DNA from: an uncultured Peptostreptococcaceae bacterium
GTDB lineage: Bacteria; Bacillota; Clostridia; Peptostreptococcales; BM714
Direction of reading: 5' to 3'
Assembly (NCBI GenBank): GCA_964617505.1
Contig: CAZTZB010000001.1
Location: forward strand, 46,977 to 110,976
DNA length: 64,000 nt
Part shown: in pieces, positions 1 through 9,133 of the stretch
Position numbering within the stretch: the stretch's first letter is position 1
How the letters are laid out: each line of letters starts with the position of its first letter
Notes under the pieces: generated by a model
Seen by the model: the letters and a program-made list of their open reading frames with translations, nothing else
Database searches by the model: none
What the model was told of the DNA's origin: nothing
Program-made: the position numbers and the translations under genes

Positions 1-257
1 ATTCCGTTTAAGTAGGGAAATGATTTTTTGTAATTTAGAGTAAATTCCTTTAATGAATCAAGTTGTTTTTTGGATTTGGGATTACAGACTAGCTTTATTT
101 CATTCAAAAAACCCAACTCTTTTTTAAGATGGGTTTTTAATGCTTCGGCCTTTTGTTTATCGCAAGATTCACTAAGAAACACATTAAGTTGTTTTGTTTT
201 TTTTGAATAATTGATTTTCTTTATATCTATTGAATTTATTGCAAAAGGTTTTTCCAT
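1..257 (-). CDS. Partial ORF running off the left edge; possibly the N-terminus of PolC-type DNA polymerase III (synteny guess only)
   Basis: ATG at 257-255 with GGGAG about 10 nt upstream. Hand translation MEKPFAINSIDIKKINYSKKTKQLNVFLSESCDKQKAEALKTHLKKELGFLNEIKLVCNPKSKK... stays open to base 1 (85 codons). Absent from the ORF track because it has no stop in the window. ispG-polC adjacency is common in clostridia; no diagnostic motif is visible. Confidence 0.35.
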   Translation of the reverse strand, partial: MEKPFAINSIDIKKINYSKKTKQLNVFLSESCDKQKAEALKTHLKKELGFLNEIKLVCNPKSKKQLDSLKEFTLNYKKSFPYLNG

Positions 258-272
258 GCTTTAAGTACTCCC

Positions 273-1334
273 TTACATTTTCTTAATCTCATCAATAAGC
301 AATTTCAATACTTTATCTGGAGATGCACTACCGATTGTTTTACCTTCTTTAAAAATAAATACCTTCCCTTTAGATGCGGCAATTCCTATATCTGCTTCTT
401 TTGCCTCTCCTGGTCCATTTACTTCGCAACCCATTACTGCAATAGTAATATTCTTATTTTCAAGATGTTCCTCAAAAAGTTTTTTTTCTACTTCGTTGAC
501 CAATTTTTCCAAATTTATTGAAGTCCTTCCGCATGTAGGACATGATACTATTTTATAACCATAATTACGTATTCCCAAAGTGCTAAGTATTTCCTTAGCT
601 ATTTTAATTTCATTAACCGGATCACCTGTTATAGATACACGCAATGTATCGCCTATGCCATCAAGAAGAAGACTGCCTATTCCAATTGAGGATTTTACCG
701 TTCCCTTGAAGAATGTTCCTGCCTCGGTTACCCCTATATGAAGAGGATATTTTGTTTCGACTGAAAGTCTTCTATATGACTCGACAGTAGTCAAAACATT
801 CGAAGATTTTACAGAAAGAATTAAATCTTCGAATCCGAAACCTTCGAATAGCTCTATGTATTCAAGGGCGCTTTCAGTTATCGCATCAATCGTTGCATGC
901 TTATATTTTTTTCGCATATTACCGCTTAGCGACCCAGAATTTACACCTATTCGTATAGGCACATTTCTTTGCATACATGCATATGCTATGCGTTCTAGAT
1001 TTTCTTCTCTGACTATATTGCCTGGGTTGATCCTGATTTTGTCTGCTCCGTTTTCAACTGCAGCCAAAGCCAAAGTATGATCAAAATGTATATCAGCTAT
1101 GATAGGCATATCTATGCGTCTTTTTATTTCACGAAGCGCTTCTGCAGATTTCATATCAGGTATTGCCAATCTGATTATCTCGCATCCCACATTCTGAAGA
1201 CGCTTGATTTGTCCTACGGTATTTTCTACATTCCAGGTCTTTGTATTTGTCATTGACTGTATTGTAATATCGCTGTCTCCGCCAATTGGTACACAGCCGC
1301 AAAAGACTTTATTTGTTTTATGTCTTTCTATCAT
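273..1334 (-). CDS. ispG: 4-hydroxy-3-methylbut-2-en-1-yl diphosphate synthase (MEP pathway)
   Basis: 353 aa. ITIQSMTNT N-domain motif and C-terminal Fe-S cysteines (CPTCGRT ... GCEVNGPGE) typical of IspG/GcpE. Lies in the dxr-rseP-ispG cluster. Confidence 0.95.
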   Translation of the reverse strand: MIERHKTNKVFCGCVPIGGDSDITIQSMTNTKTWNVENTVGQIKRLQNVGCEIIRLAIPDMKSAEALREIKRRIDMPIIADIHFDHTLALAAVENGADKIRINPGNIVREENLERIAYACMQRNVPIRIGVNSGSLSGNMRKKYKHATIDAITESALEYIELFEGFGFEDLILSVKSSNVLTTVESYRRLSVETKYPLHIGVTEAGTFFKGTVKSSIGIGSLLLDGIGDTLRVSITGDPVNEIKIAKEILSTLGIRNYGYKIVSCPTCGRTSINLEKLVNEVEKKLFEEHLENKNITIAVMGCEVNGPGEAKEADIGIAASKGKVFIFKEGKTIGSASPDKVLKLLIDEIKKM

Positions 1335-1346
1335 ACCTTTCTCCTT

Positions 1347-2345
1347 TTAAAACAATTGTAGTCGTCCCAAATCTTTTATTACCATGTAAACCATAAAGGC
1401 CATAAGAAAAACGAAACCCGCAAAGTGTACAAAACCCTCTTTTTTGGGATCTACAGGGCTTCCCTTTACTATTTCAATTAATATGAAAACAAGCCTTCCT
1501 CCATCTAGAGCTGGCAAAGGCAAAAGATTTACAATTCCAAGATTAATTGAAATAACAGCTGCTAGTGAAAGAACAGAAATAAAACTATATTTGGAAGCTT
1601 CATTGACCATTGAAATTATTCCTATAGGGCCTACAACCTCTCCTTGGATTGGATTTCCCCTTAATAAATCACTAAGAAATGAGAAAATATTGGAAGATAC
1701 AAACCACAAACGGTCAAAAGCCATTCCAACAGAATAAAAAACACTTCTTTTTATCGATGGTGATATCCCTATTACATTTCGACCTTCATCAATTATAGGT
1801 GTGATAGCAATAGAAATCTCCTTATTATCTCTTTCTACAAGAAATTGTAATTTATCAGTAGATTCAGTAACCTTTTCGACTATATCAGCCCAGTCTTCCA
1901 CATTTTCGTTATTGATTTTTATTATTCGGTCACCGGTGGTCAAGTTGCTGCTTTCCGCTGGCAATCCAGGAAGAAGTTCACCAACAACTGTTGTTGGAAA
2001 ACCAATGAAAATGAACAAGAAAAAGAAAACAAGAAATGCCAAGACAAAATTCATCACCGGACCAGCAAAAATAATCATAAACCTCTTTAATGCAGATTTT
2101 GAACTAAAGCTTTTATTATGGTCGGATTCTTCATCTTCTCCTTCCATTTTTATATAACCACCAATAGGAAATATTCCGAGTGAATATGTTGTTTCCTTGC
2201 CTTTGAACTTGAATAATTTAGGGCCCATTCCCAAAGAAAATTCATGGACAAGAACTCCTGATAATTTTGCCGTAATAAAATGACCAAATTCATGAAAAAA
2301 AATAATACTCCCAAAAACCAATATGAAATAAATAAAAGTTGTCAT
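1347..2345 (-). CDS. rseP: M50 site-2 (RIP) zinc metalloprotease with PDZ domain
   Basis: 332 aa. N-terminal HEFGH zinc motif, multiple hydrophobic segments, and C-terminal NLLPLPALDGG motif of RseP/RasP. Confidence 0.9.
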   Translation of the reverse strand: MTTFIYFILVFGSIIFFHEFGHFITAKLSGVLVHEFSLGMGPKLFKFKGKETTYSLGIFPIGGYIKMEGEDEESDHNKSFSSKSALKRFMIIFAGPVMNFVLAFLVFFFLFIFIGFPTTVVGELLPGLPAESSNLTTGDRIIKINNENVEDWADIVEKVTESTDKLQFLVERDNKEISIAITPIIDEGRNVIGISPSIKRSVFYSVGMAFDRLWFVSSNIFSFLSDLLRGNPIQGEVVGPIGIISMVNEASKYSFISVLSLAAVISINLGIVNLLPLPALDGGRLVFILIEIVKGSPVDPKKEGFVHFAGFVFLMAFMVYMVIKDLGRLQLF

Positions 2346-2349
2346 TAAA

Positions 2350-3498
2350 TCACCTATTCCTTAATTTTTCCACTACAAGCTTTCTAGTTAGATAGTCAGT
2401 TTCAACAATTGATTCATAGTCGGGATGTTTTATTAAATTGTGTGATTCTAAAATTTCCTCAATTGTATTCTGAATTTCAAGAAATCTGATTTTTCCTTTT
2501 AAGAAAGCGTCAACAAGCACTTCATTTGCAGCATTTAGTGCGGCAGGACAAGTCCCGCCTAAATCGCCGGCATAGTATGCATATCCAAGGCAAGGAAAAG
2601 CTTTTGTATCCGGTTTTTCAAAGGTCAGACTTCCAATATCGCTTAAGCAAAGTGGTTTGAGCTCTAAAGGCATTCTTTTCCCTTCGAAAAGGACATAAGC
2701 AATGGGAAGCTTCATGTTTGGCATGCTCATTTGTGCAATTACGCTTCCGTCAATAAACTCAACCATTGAATGAACAATGCTTTGAGGATGAACTACAACC
2801 TTAATCATATCAATATCCACATCAAAAAGCCATTTTGCCTCTAATACTTCAAATCCCTTGTTCATCATTGTAGCGGAGTCTATTGTTATTTTTTTACCCA
2901 TAGTCCAACTAGGATGCGCAAGCGCTTCTTTTATGGTGACTTTCTCCATATCATTATAAGATTTACCCCTAAATGGTCCTCCAGAAGCAGTAAGTATTAC
3001 ATGTTTCAAACGGTCTTTATTTTCGCCGTTTAAACACTGAGAAATGGCGTTATGCTCACTATCTATAGGGAGTATTTTAACGCCATTTTTTATAGCATCA
3101 GCCATTATCAATTCTCCTGCTGTAACAAGAGTTTCCTTATTGGCAAGTGCAATATTAGCTCCTAATTCAATTGCGTGTCTAGTTGGCATCATACCTGATA
3201 TGCCTACCAAAGCGTTGACTACAACATCGATGAAAGTGTTGTCAAGTGCAGTGATAATACCTTTGGAGCCACACAGTATATTAACATTTAAATCCTCTTT
3301 TAAAATGCATTCATATGCGTAGCGATCGCATACAACTGCATAATCGGGTTTGTATTTTTTTATTTGAGTTGCAAGAAGATCAATGTTTCGGTTGCAAGTC
3401 AAAATTTTTACAGTGAATTCCTCGGGGTATTTTGATACAAGATCCAAGGTTTGTGTTCCAATTGATCCGGTTGAACCCAATATGGCTAATTGTTTCAT
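2350..3498 (-). CDS. dxr: 1-deoxy-D-xylulose 5-phosphate reductoisomerase
   Basis: 382 aa. GSTGSIGTQTL NADPH motif, plus LANKETLV and DSEHNAI motifs. Confidence 0.96.
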   Translation of the reverse strand: MKQLAILGSTGSIGTQTLDLVSKYPEEFTVKILTCNRNIDLLATQIKKYKPDYAVVCDRYAYECILKEDLNVNILCGSKGIITALDNTFIDVVVNALVGISGMMPTRHAIELGANIALANKETLVTAGELIMADAIKNGVKILPIDSEHNAISQCLNGENKDRLKHVILTASGGPFRGKSYNDMEKVTIKEALAHPSWTMGKKITIDSATMMNKGFEVLEAKWLFDVDIDMIKVVVHPQSIVHSMVEFIDGSVIAQMSMPNMKLPIAYVLFEGKRMPLELKPLCLSDIGSLTFEKPDTKAFPCLGYAYYAGDLGGTCPAALNAANEVLVDAFLKGKIRFLEIQNTIEEILESHNLIKHPDYESIVETDYLTRKLVVEKLRNR

Positions 3499-4319
3499 TT
3501 AATCACTCCTGTCAAACCGAAAATACTATACGCTACATACACATACGGAGCTGTAAATAATATGCTGTCAAATCTGTCAAGTATACCGCCGTGACCTGGA
3601 ATAATATAACCAAAATCTTTTATTCCATTGCTTCTTTTTATCATAGATGCATTTAGGTCTCCCAATTGAGATATTATGCTTCCCAATATGCCAAATAGTA
3701 TGGATATAGTTGTTATTTCAGGGATAAAGATTATTGAAAATACAAAGGTGCTCACTGCGCAACCTAGGATGCCGCCAATAGCGCCTTCAATAGTTTTTTT
3801 GGGGCTTATTATGGGTGCCAGTTTATGCTTCCCAAATAATAAGCCTGTAAAATAGGCAAATGTATCTGTTGACCATGCAATAATAAATATTAGCCATACT
3901 ACATAACTGTTATCAAGTTGTGAGGTATAAAATATAAATCTGAAAAAAATAGTTATATAGACATATCCATAAAACATATCTCTACTAATTCCAACATTTT
4001 TCAAATGATTGAATATTTGAATTAATGATATTCCCAATAATACAATTAAAAGAAATGGCGCCTCAAAATTTATGTCAAAATTATTATAGTAAAGAACGAT
4101 ATACGACAATAAGGAAGAAACCCAAAGACAAATCTTGTAATGAGATACTTCTTCAATATTAGAATGGCTTTCATTTGAAATTTCTAAAGCATTTGAATAC
4201 TCATTCAATGCTATTAGCGTCACTGCAATTATAGAAATTAATAAGATGTTTCCCCCTTTATATATTATAAAGATTATTATGGGAATGCCTATAATCGCTG
4301 TAAGTATTCTTTTTATCAT
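3495..4319 (-). CDS. cdsA: Phosphatidate cytidylyltransferase
   Basis: 274 aa polytopic membrane protein. C-terminal CDS signature SMIKRSNGIKDFGYIIPGHGGILDRFDS. 4-nt overlaps with both dxr and uppS. Confidence 0.92.
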   Translation of the reverse strand: MIKRILTAIIGIPIIIFIIYKGGNILLISIIAVTLIALNEYSNALEISNESHSNIEEVSHYKICLWVSSLLSYIVLYYNNFDINFEAPFLLIVLLGISLIQIFNHLKNVGISRDMFYGYVYITIFFRFIFYTSQLDNSYVVWLIFIIAWSTDTFAYFTGLLFGKHKLAPIISPKKTIEGAIGGILGCAVSTFVFSIIFIPEITTISILFGILGSIISQLGDLNASMIKRSNGIKDFGYIIPGHGGILDRFDSILFTAPYVYVAYSIFGLTGVIK

Positions 4320-5044
4320 TTTTTCACCTGCTGTTCTTTTGTGTCCAATCCACCATATCTTCTTTTTCTTTCACTATATGATTTGATTGCCTCGTTTAAA
4401 TGTTCTTTATTAAAATCCGGCCAAAGAACATTTGAAAACCAAAATTCACTATACGCCATTTGCCAAAGTAAAAAATTGCTTATTCTCAATTCTCCGCTTG
4501 GACGAATAATTAAGTCCGGGTCCGGGATTCCTGCTGTATTTAAATATGAAGAAATAGTCGCTTCATCAATTTCATCCGGATTTTTACAATACTCGACAGT
4601 TATTTTATTTATCGCTTGAAGCAGTTCTTGTCGTCCTCCATAATTTATTGCTAAGATGACATTCAAACCTGAGTTATTAAAGGTTTTTGCAATTGCTGAT
4701 TCTATTTCATTTTGTGCTTTTAATGGAAGTTTTGCAATATCTCCTATTGTTCGTATTCGCACATTGTTTTTATGGAGCAAGTTTATCTCTTTTCTTAAAT
4801 AATAAACAAGCAATTCCATCAAAGAAGAAACCTCTTTTTGAGGCCTTTTCCAATTCTCAGTAGAAAATGCATACAAAGTTAAATATTTAATTCCTATATT
4901 AGAACAATTTTCTATTACTTCTCTGAGCGCCTCTATACCAGCTCTATGGCCAGCTGTTCTTGGAAGACCTCTTTTTTGAGCCCATCTTCCATTTCCATCC
5001 ATAATGATAGCTATATGCTCAGGTATTTTATCATTGGTTTTCAT
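4316..5044 (-). CDS. uppS: Undecaprenyl (isoprenyl) diphosphate synthase
   Basis: 242 aa. IAIIMDGNGRWA and RPSGELRISNFLLWQ motifs. Confidence 0.96.
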   Translation of the reverse strand: MKTNDKIPEHIAIIMDGNGRWAQKRGLPRTAGHRAGIEALREVIENCSNIGIKYLTLYAFSTENWKRPQKEVSSLMELLVYYLRKEINLLHKNNVRIRTIGDIAKLPLKAQNEIESAIAKTFNNSGLNVILAINYGGRQELLQAINKITVEYCKNPDEIDEATISSYLNTAGIPDPDLIIRPSGELRISNFLLWQMAYSEFWFSNVLWPDFNKEHLNEAIKSYSERKRRYGGLDTKEQQVKK

Positions 5045-5088
5045 AGATTCACCTGCTTTAAAATGTAGAACCCTCCAAAAATGGAGGG

Positions 5089-5292
5089 CTAAAAATAACT
5101 GACTGTCAACACAATGTCTTCCTTGCTCATTTTAGCCAAAACAATTCGGCAGACATCATTTTTGCGGTCTCCTTTATACTTAAGACTAACAAGTTCTTTG
5201 ATAATAAGGTTTTTATTAACACCATAACTTTCAATTGTTTTTTTTGCACAGCTTAGTTCCATTCCTAATAATGAAGCTATCTCGAATTTCAT
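5089..5292 (-). CDS. Small hypothetical protein (67 aa) with a PASTA-domain-like sequence pattern
   Basis: Its ATG overlaps the frr stop as TAATG (5290-5294), implying translational coupling. A hairpin CCCTCC-N6-GGAGGG (5071-5088) follows immediately after its stop. The pattern LLGMELSCAKKTIESYG...RIV...IVLTVS resembles PASTA by eye only. No signal peptide or TM segment. Confidence 0.5.
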   Translation of the reverse strand: MKFEIASLLGMELSCAKKTIESYGVNKNLIIKELVSLKYKGDRKNDVCRIVLAKMSKEDIVLTVSYF

Positions 5293-5849
5293 TATATCTC
5301 CATTATTTCTTTTTCTTTATATTCGATCAATTTATCTACTTGTTCAATATATTCCTTTGTCATTTCTTCAACTGTTTGTTCGGCTTTTTTAAAATCATCT
5401 TCCGTTATTTCACTATTTTTCTGCATTTTTTTGAATGCTTCATTTGCAGAACGTCTTTCATTTCTAATTGCAATTTTTGAATTTTCTCCTGTTTTTTTAA
5501 CGAGCTTTGTAATATCTCGTCTTCTTTCCTCCGTGAGCATTGGGATTGCCAAACGAATTACTTTTCCATCATTTGAAGGATTAATTCCAATGTCCGACAG
5601 CATTATTGCTTTTTCAATATCTTTCATGCCGGTAGTATCATAAGGTTGTATTACCAATAATCGGGGTTCCGGAGAAGATATATTAGCTATTTGCTTAAGA
5701 GGCATAGGCGACCCATAGTAATCAACAGTAATTCGGTCGAGTAAAGAAGGATTTGCCCTTCCAGCACGAATGGAATTCAATTCTTCTTTTAATACACTTA
5801 TAGTCTTTTTCATTTTTTTTTCGAATTCGTTATGCACTTGCACTCTCAT
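5292..5849 (-). CDS. frr: Ribosome recycling factor
   Basis: 185 aa, full-length RRF-like sequence (GRANPSLLDRITVDYYG, LTEERRRD). Confidence 0.96.
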   Translation of the reverse strand: MRVQVHNEFEKKMKKTISVLKEELNSIRAGRANPSLLDRITVDYYGSPMPLKQIANISSPEPRLLVIQPYDTTGMKDIEKAIMLSDIGINPSNDGKVIRLAIPMLTEERRRDITKLVKKTGENSKIAIRNERRSANEAFKKMQKNSEITEDDFKKAEQTVEEMTKEYIEQVDKLIEYKEKEIMEI

Positions 5850-5850
5850 A

Positions 5851-6561
5851 TTAATCCTCCTTCACTATTGTTCCAATGTTTTCACCCATTACCACTTTAT
5901 AAATATTTTCTGGATTGTCTAAACCAAAAACAATTATAGGTATATTATTATCCATACAAAGAGAAGTTGCTGTAGAATCCATAACTTTTAGGCTCTTGCT
6001 CAACACTTCCTTGTAGGTCAGATGACTGAATTTAACCGCATCAGGATTTTCATTCGGATCCGAATCATAAACACCGTCAACTGTTTTAGCGAGAAATATT
6101 ACCTCGGCTTCTATTTCAGCTGCTCTTAAGGCAGCTGTTGTATCTGTAGAAAAAAAAGGATTGCCTGTTCCTGCGGAAAAAAGAACCACCCTGTTTTTTT
6201 CCAAATGCCTTACTGCTTTTCTCCTGATGTAAGGTTCCGCTATTTGCCTCATTTCTATTGCTGTTTGGACTCTTGTCATTACTCCAATACTTTCAAGGGC
6301 ATCCTGTAAAGCTAGTCCGTTTATTACTGTAGCGAGCATTCCCATATAATCGGCAGTTGAACGATCCATTCCCTTTCCAGACCGGCCTCTCCAAAAATTT
6401 CCGCCTCCAACAACAAGCGCTATTTCAATGTCCATTTCTTTAAGTCTTTTTATTTGCCTAGCAATGTCCATTACTACTTTTTCATTTATTCCAAAACCGT
6501 TTTCTCCAGCAAGAGCTTCTCCACTCAGTTTTAAGATAATTCTTTTATACTTTGGCTTCAC
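5851..6561 (-). CDS. pyrH: UMP kinase
   Basis: 236 aa. ILKLSGEAL and [10 protein letters not shown] motifs. Confidence 0.96.
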   Translation of the reverse strand: MKPKYKRIILKLSGEALAGENGFGINEKVVMDIARQIKRLKEMDIEIALVVGGGNFWRGRSGKGMDRSTADYMGMLATVINGLALQDALESIGVMTRVQTAIEMRQIAEPYIRRKAVRHLEKNRVVLFSAGTGNPFFSTDTTAALRAAEIEAEVIFLAKTVDGVYDSDPNENPDAVKFSHLTYKEVLSKSLKVMDSTATSLCMDNNIPIIVFGLDNPENIYKVVMGENIGTIVKED

Positions 6562-6617
6562 AAAAAAACCCCCATATTATTATTTTCTACAAAGATGCAA
6601 AATAACCTTTATTTTTC

Positions 6618-6648
6618 AAAAAAAGGAGAACACCTTTATGTGCTCTCC
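6618..6648 (-). terminator. Rho-independent terminator after tsf
   Basis: Minus-strand RNA GGAGAGCAC-AUAAAG-GUGUUCUCC followed by U7. Lies 8 nt after the tsf stop. Confidence 0.7.
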
Positions 6649-6655
6649 TCTTTAT

Positions 6656-7309
6656 TTATTTGTTCTTAATTTGGTTGGCTACCTCTTCAGCAAAATTTTC
6701 ATTTCTTTTTTCAATACCCTCGCCGACCACAAATCTAGCAAACCTTCTGATGCTAAGTTTTTCACCAATTTTTGCTATTAGTGAATTTAGAAGTGTTTGC
6801 ATATCAATATCTGGATCTTTTATGAATGGTTGTTCCAAAAGACATACTTCTTTATAATATTTACTTATTCTTCCTTCAACCATTTTATCAACTATTTTTT
6901 CTGGTTTGCCTTCATTAAGAGCTTGTTTTCTTAAAACTTCCTTTTCATTTTCAATTATTTCTTCAGAAATTTCTTCTCTTGAAATAAACAAAGGATTGGA
7001 TGCAGCAATTTGCATAGCTACATCTTTTGAAAAAGCTATGAAGTCTTCATTTTTTGACACAAAATCGGTTTCAGAATTTATTTCAACTAAAACCCCTATT
7101 CTTCCACCATGTATATATGAAGTAACTAAGCCCTCGGCTGCTATTCTACCAGCTTTTTTAGCCGCTTTAGCGAGCCCTTTTTCCCTCAAAACTTCTATTG
7201 CTTTAGCAATATTTCCTTCAGCCTCTACAAGCGCATTTTTGCAGTCCATCATTCCTGCACCCGATGTTTCTCTAACTTCTTTAACCATTGCAGCCGTTAC
7301 AGCAGCCAT
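6656..7309 (-). CDS. tsf: Elongation factor Ts (short form)
   Basis: [25 protein letters not shown]-terminus. Start moved to the 4th codon of the ORF call because AAGGAG lies 9 nt upstream of it, whereas the first ATG abuts the SD. Confidence 0.94.
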   Translation of the reverse strand: MAAVTAAMVKEVRETSGAGMMDCKNALVEAEGNIAKAIEVLREKGLAKAAKKAGRIAAEGLVTSYIHGGRIGVLVEINSETDFVSKNEDFIAFSKDVAMQIAASNPLFISREEISEEIIENEKEVLRKQALNEGKPEKIVDKMVEGRISKYYKEVCLLEQPFIKDPDIDMQTLLNSLIAKIGEKLSIRRFARFVVGEGIEKRNENFAEEVANQIKNK

Positions 7310-7346
7310 ATTCAACATCTCCTTCTAAATTATCAATATTTATTTA

Positions 7347-8132
7347 TTATTCGTTAATTTCTTTCTTAACTGCATTTTCAACAACACTTTCTTCTGTGAC
7401 AATTGGAGCTTCTGCAAGGATTTGCTCGTCTGCAGCTTCTTCCATTTGCTCGCCTTGTTTTCCTTCAATAACAGCACTTGCTATAGTTGAAGTTATGAGT
7501 TTGACAGCTCTTATTGCATCATCGTTTCCGGGAATTATTAAATCTATTTCATCAGGATCACAGTTTGTATCTACTATAGCAACAACTGGAATTCCCAATT
7601 TTTTTGCTTCAAGAATCGCAATCCTTTCTTTCCTTGGGTCAACAACATAAATAACATCAGGAATTCTTTTCATTGTTTTTATTCCGCTAAGGAATTTTTC
7701 CAATTTTTCCTGTTCGTGTTTAAGTTTAATTACTTCCTTTTTGGTAAGTAAATCGAATGTTCCGTCGCTTTCCATTTTTTCAAGTTGCAAAAGACGGTCA
7801 ACCCTTTTTCTGATAGTGCTGAAGTTGGTAAGCATGCCCCCCAACCATCTTTGATTAACATAATACATTCCGCATCTTTTTGCTTCCTGCTCAATAGATT
7901 GCTGAGCTTGTTTCTTTGTTCCAACAAAAAGAATTGTTTTATTGCCTGTTGTGTTTTCTTTTACAAAATCATAAGCTTTGTCAATCATTTTTACTGTTTT
8001 TTGCAAGTCGATGATGTAGATGCCGTTTCTTTCCGTAAAGATATATTCCGCCATCTTTGGATTCCATCTTCTTGTTTGGTGTCCGAAATGAACACCAGAT
8101 TCGAGAAGTTGTTTCATTGATACTACTGTCAT
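7347..8132 (-). CDS. rpsB: 30S ribosomal protein S2
   Basis: 261 aa. [22 protein letters not shown]. Confidence 0.97.
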   Translation of the reverse strand: MTVVSMKQLLESGVHFGHQTRRWNPKMAEYIFTERNGIYIIDLQKTVKMIDKAYDFVKENTTGNKTILFVGTKKQAQQSIEQEAKRCGMYYVNQRWLGGMLTNFSTIRKRVDRLLQLEKMESDGTFDLLTKKEVIKLKHEQEKLEKFLSGIKTMKRIPDVIYVVDPRKERIAILEAKKLGIPVVAIVDTNCDPDEIDLIIPGNDDAIRAVKLITSTIASAVIEGKQGEQMEEAADEQILAEAPIVTEESVVENAVKKEINE

Positions 8133-8238
8133 GAGTAAATCCTCCTTAGGTTTTTTCCTCCTATTTGCCTATTTTGGACGACTTCTATTGAAGCACCTGT
8201 CCGCAAGAATGCAAAAAGTGTGTTTTTATGCCTTTGAC

Positions 8239-8267
8239 AGTATACCATGTAGGATTATTTAAAGCAA
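8239..8267 (-). promoter_or_regulatory. Putative sigma-A promoter for rpsB-tsf
   Basis: Minus strand TTGCTT (8267-8262) - 17 nt - TATACT (8244-8239), with TG two nt upstream of the -10. Sits directly after the codY terminator. Confidence 0.45.
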
Positions 8268-8268
8268 T

Positions 8269-8298
8269 AAAAATAGACGGCATTAGCCGTCTATTTTT
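8269..8298 (-). terminator. Hairpin terminator overlapping the codY stop
   Basis: Perfect 13-nt arms AAAAATAGACGGC / GCCGTCTATTTTT with a 4-nt loop. The U-run is part of and follows the 3' arm on the minus strand. Confidence 0.6.
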
Positions 8299-9073
8299 TG
8301 AATTTTTCTAATTCTTCTAACAATCTATCATTCAATATTCTAATGAAGGTTCCTTTCATTCCAAGTGATCTTGATTCAATCACGCCTGCACTTTCAAATT
8401 TACGCAATGCGTTTACAATTACAGATCTTGTTATTCCTACTCTATCGGCAATTTTACTTGCTACAAGCAATCCTTCATTCCCATCCAATTCAGCAAATAT
8501 GTGTTCAATAGCTTCTAATTCTGAATATGAAAGAGTCCCTACTGCCATTTGCACTATGGCTTTTTTCCTTGCCTCTTCTTCCATTTTACCGATATTGGAT
8601 CTTAATATTTCCATGCCTACTATTGTTGCCGAATACTCGGCTAAAACAATATCCTCTTCTTCAAATTTGCTGTTGTAACGTGCAAGCACAAATGTTCCAA
8701 GTCTTTCACCATTACCTATTATAGGAACAATTGTTACAAATTTGTCGAAACTTTCAATATCGTACTTAAATACTTTTAATAATTCATCCCCTGTAATATT
8801 GTATTTTGTATTTGTTATTTTTACCAATTCTTCATTATACTCGTCAGGGAATTTCTTTTGATCCGACTTTTCATCCGAAATGATTGAAGAATCGGATGCA
8901 TCTGCAAGACTCACTCCAAGTATTTTACCCCTCTTGTTTGAAACATATACATTTGCATCTAAAATATCATTTAATGTCTTGCAAAGCTCTGGAAACGAAA
9001 CGGGAGAATCTGCCGATTGCTGCAATATTCGATTCAACTTTCTTGTTTTATTCAACAAACTGCTATCCATCAT
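8291..9073 (-). CDS. codY: GTP/BCAA-sensing global regulator CodY
   Basis: 260 aa. C-terminal w[41 protein letters not shown]. Confidence 0.95.
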   Translation of the reverse strand: MMDSSLLNKTRKLNRILQQSADSPVSFPELCKTLNDILDANVYVSNKRGKILGVSLADASDSSIISDEKSDQKKFPDEYNEELVKITNTKYNITGDELLKVFKYDIESFDKFVTIVPIIGNGERLGTFVLARYNSKFEEEDIVLAEYSATIVGMEILRSNIGKMEEEARKKAIVQMAVGTLSYSELEAIEHIFAELDGNEGLLVASKIADRVGITRSVIVNALRKFESAGVIESRSLGMKGTFIRILNDRLLEELEKFKK

Positions 9074-9133
9074 ATTACCTCCTAGATTTCTTATGTTTAT
9101 TATAACTGATTAATTGGAAAATTTGAAATATTA

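Noticed and set aside
9080-9130. CodY-box-like AATTTTCCAATTAAT in the codY upstream region (possible autoregulation).
   Set aside because: Only about 10/15 matches to AATTTTCWGAAAATT, which is indistinguishable from background in AT-rich spacer DNA.
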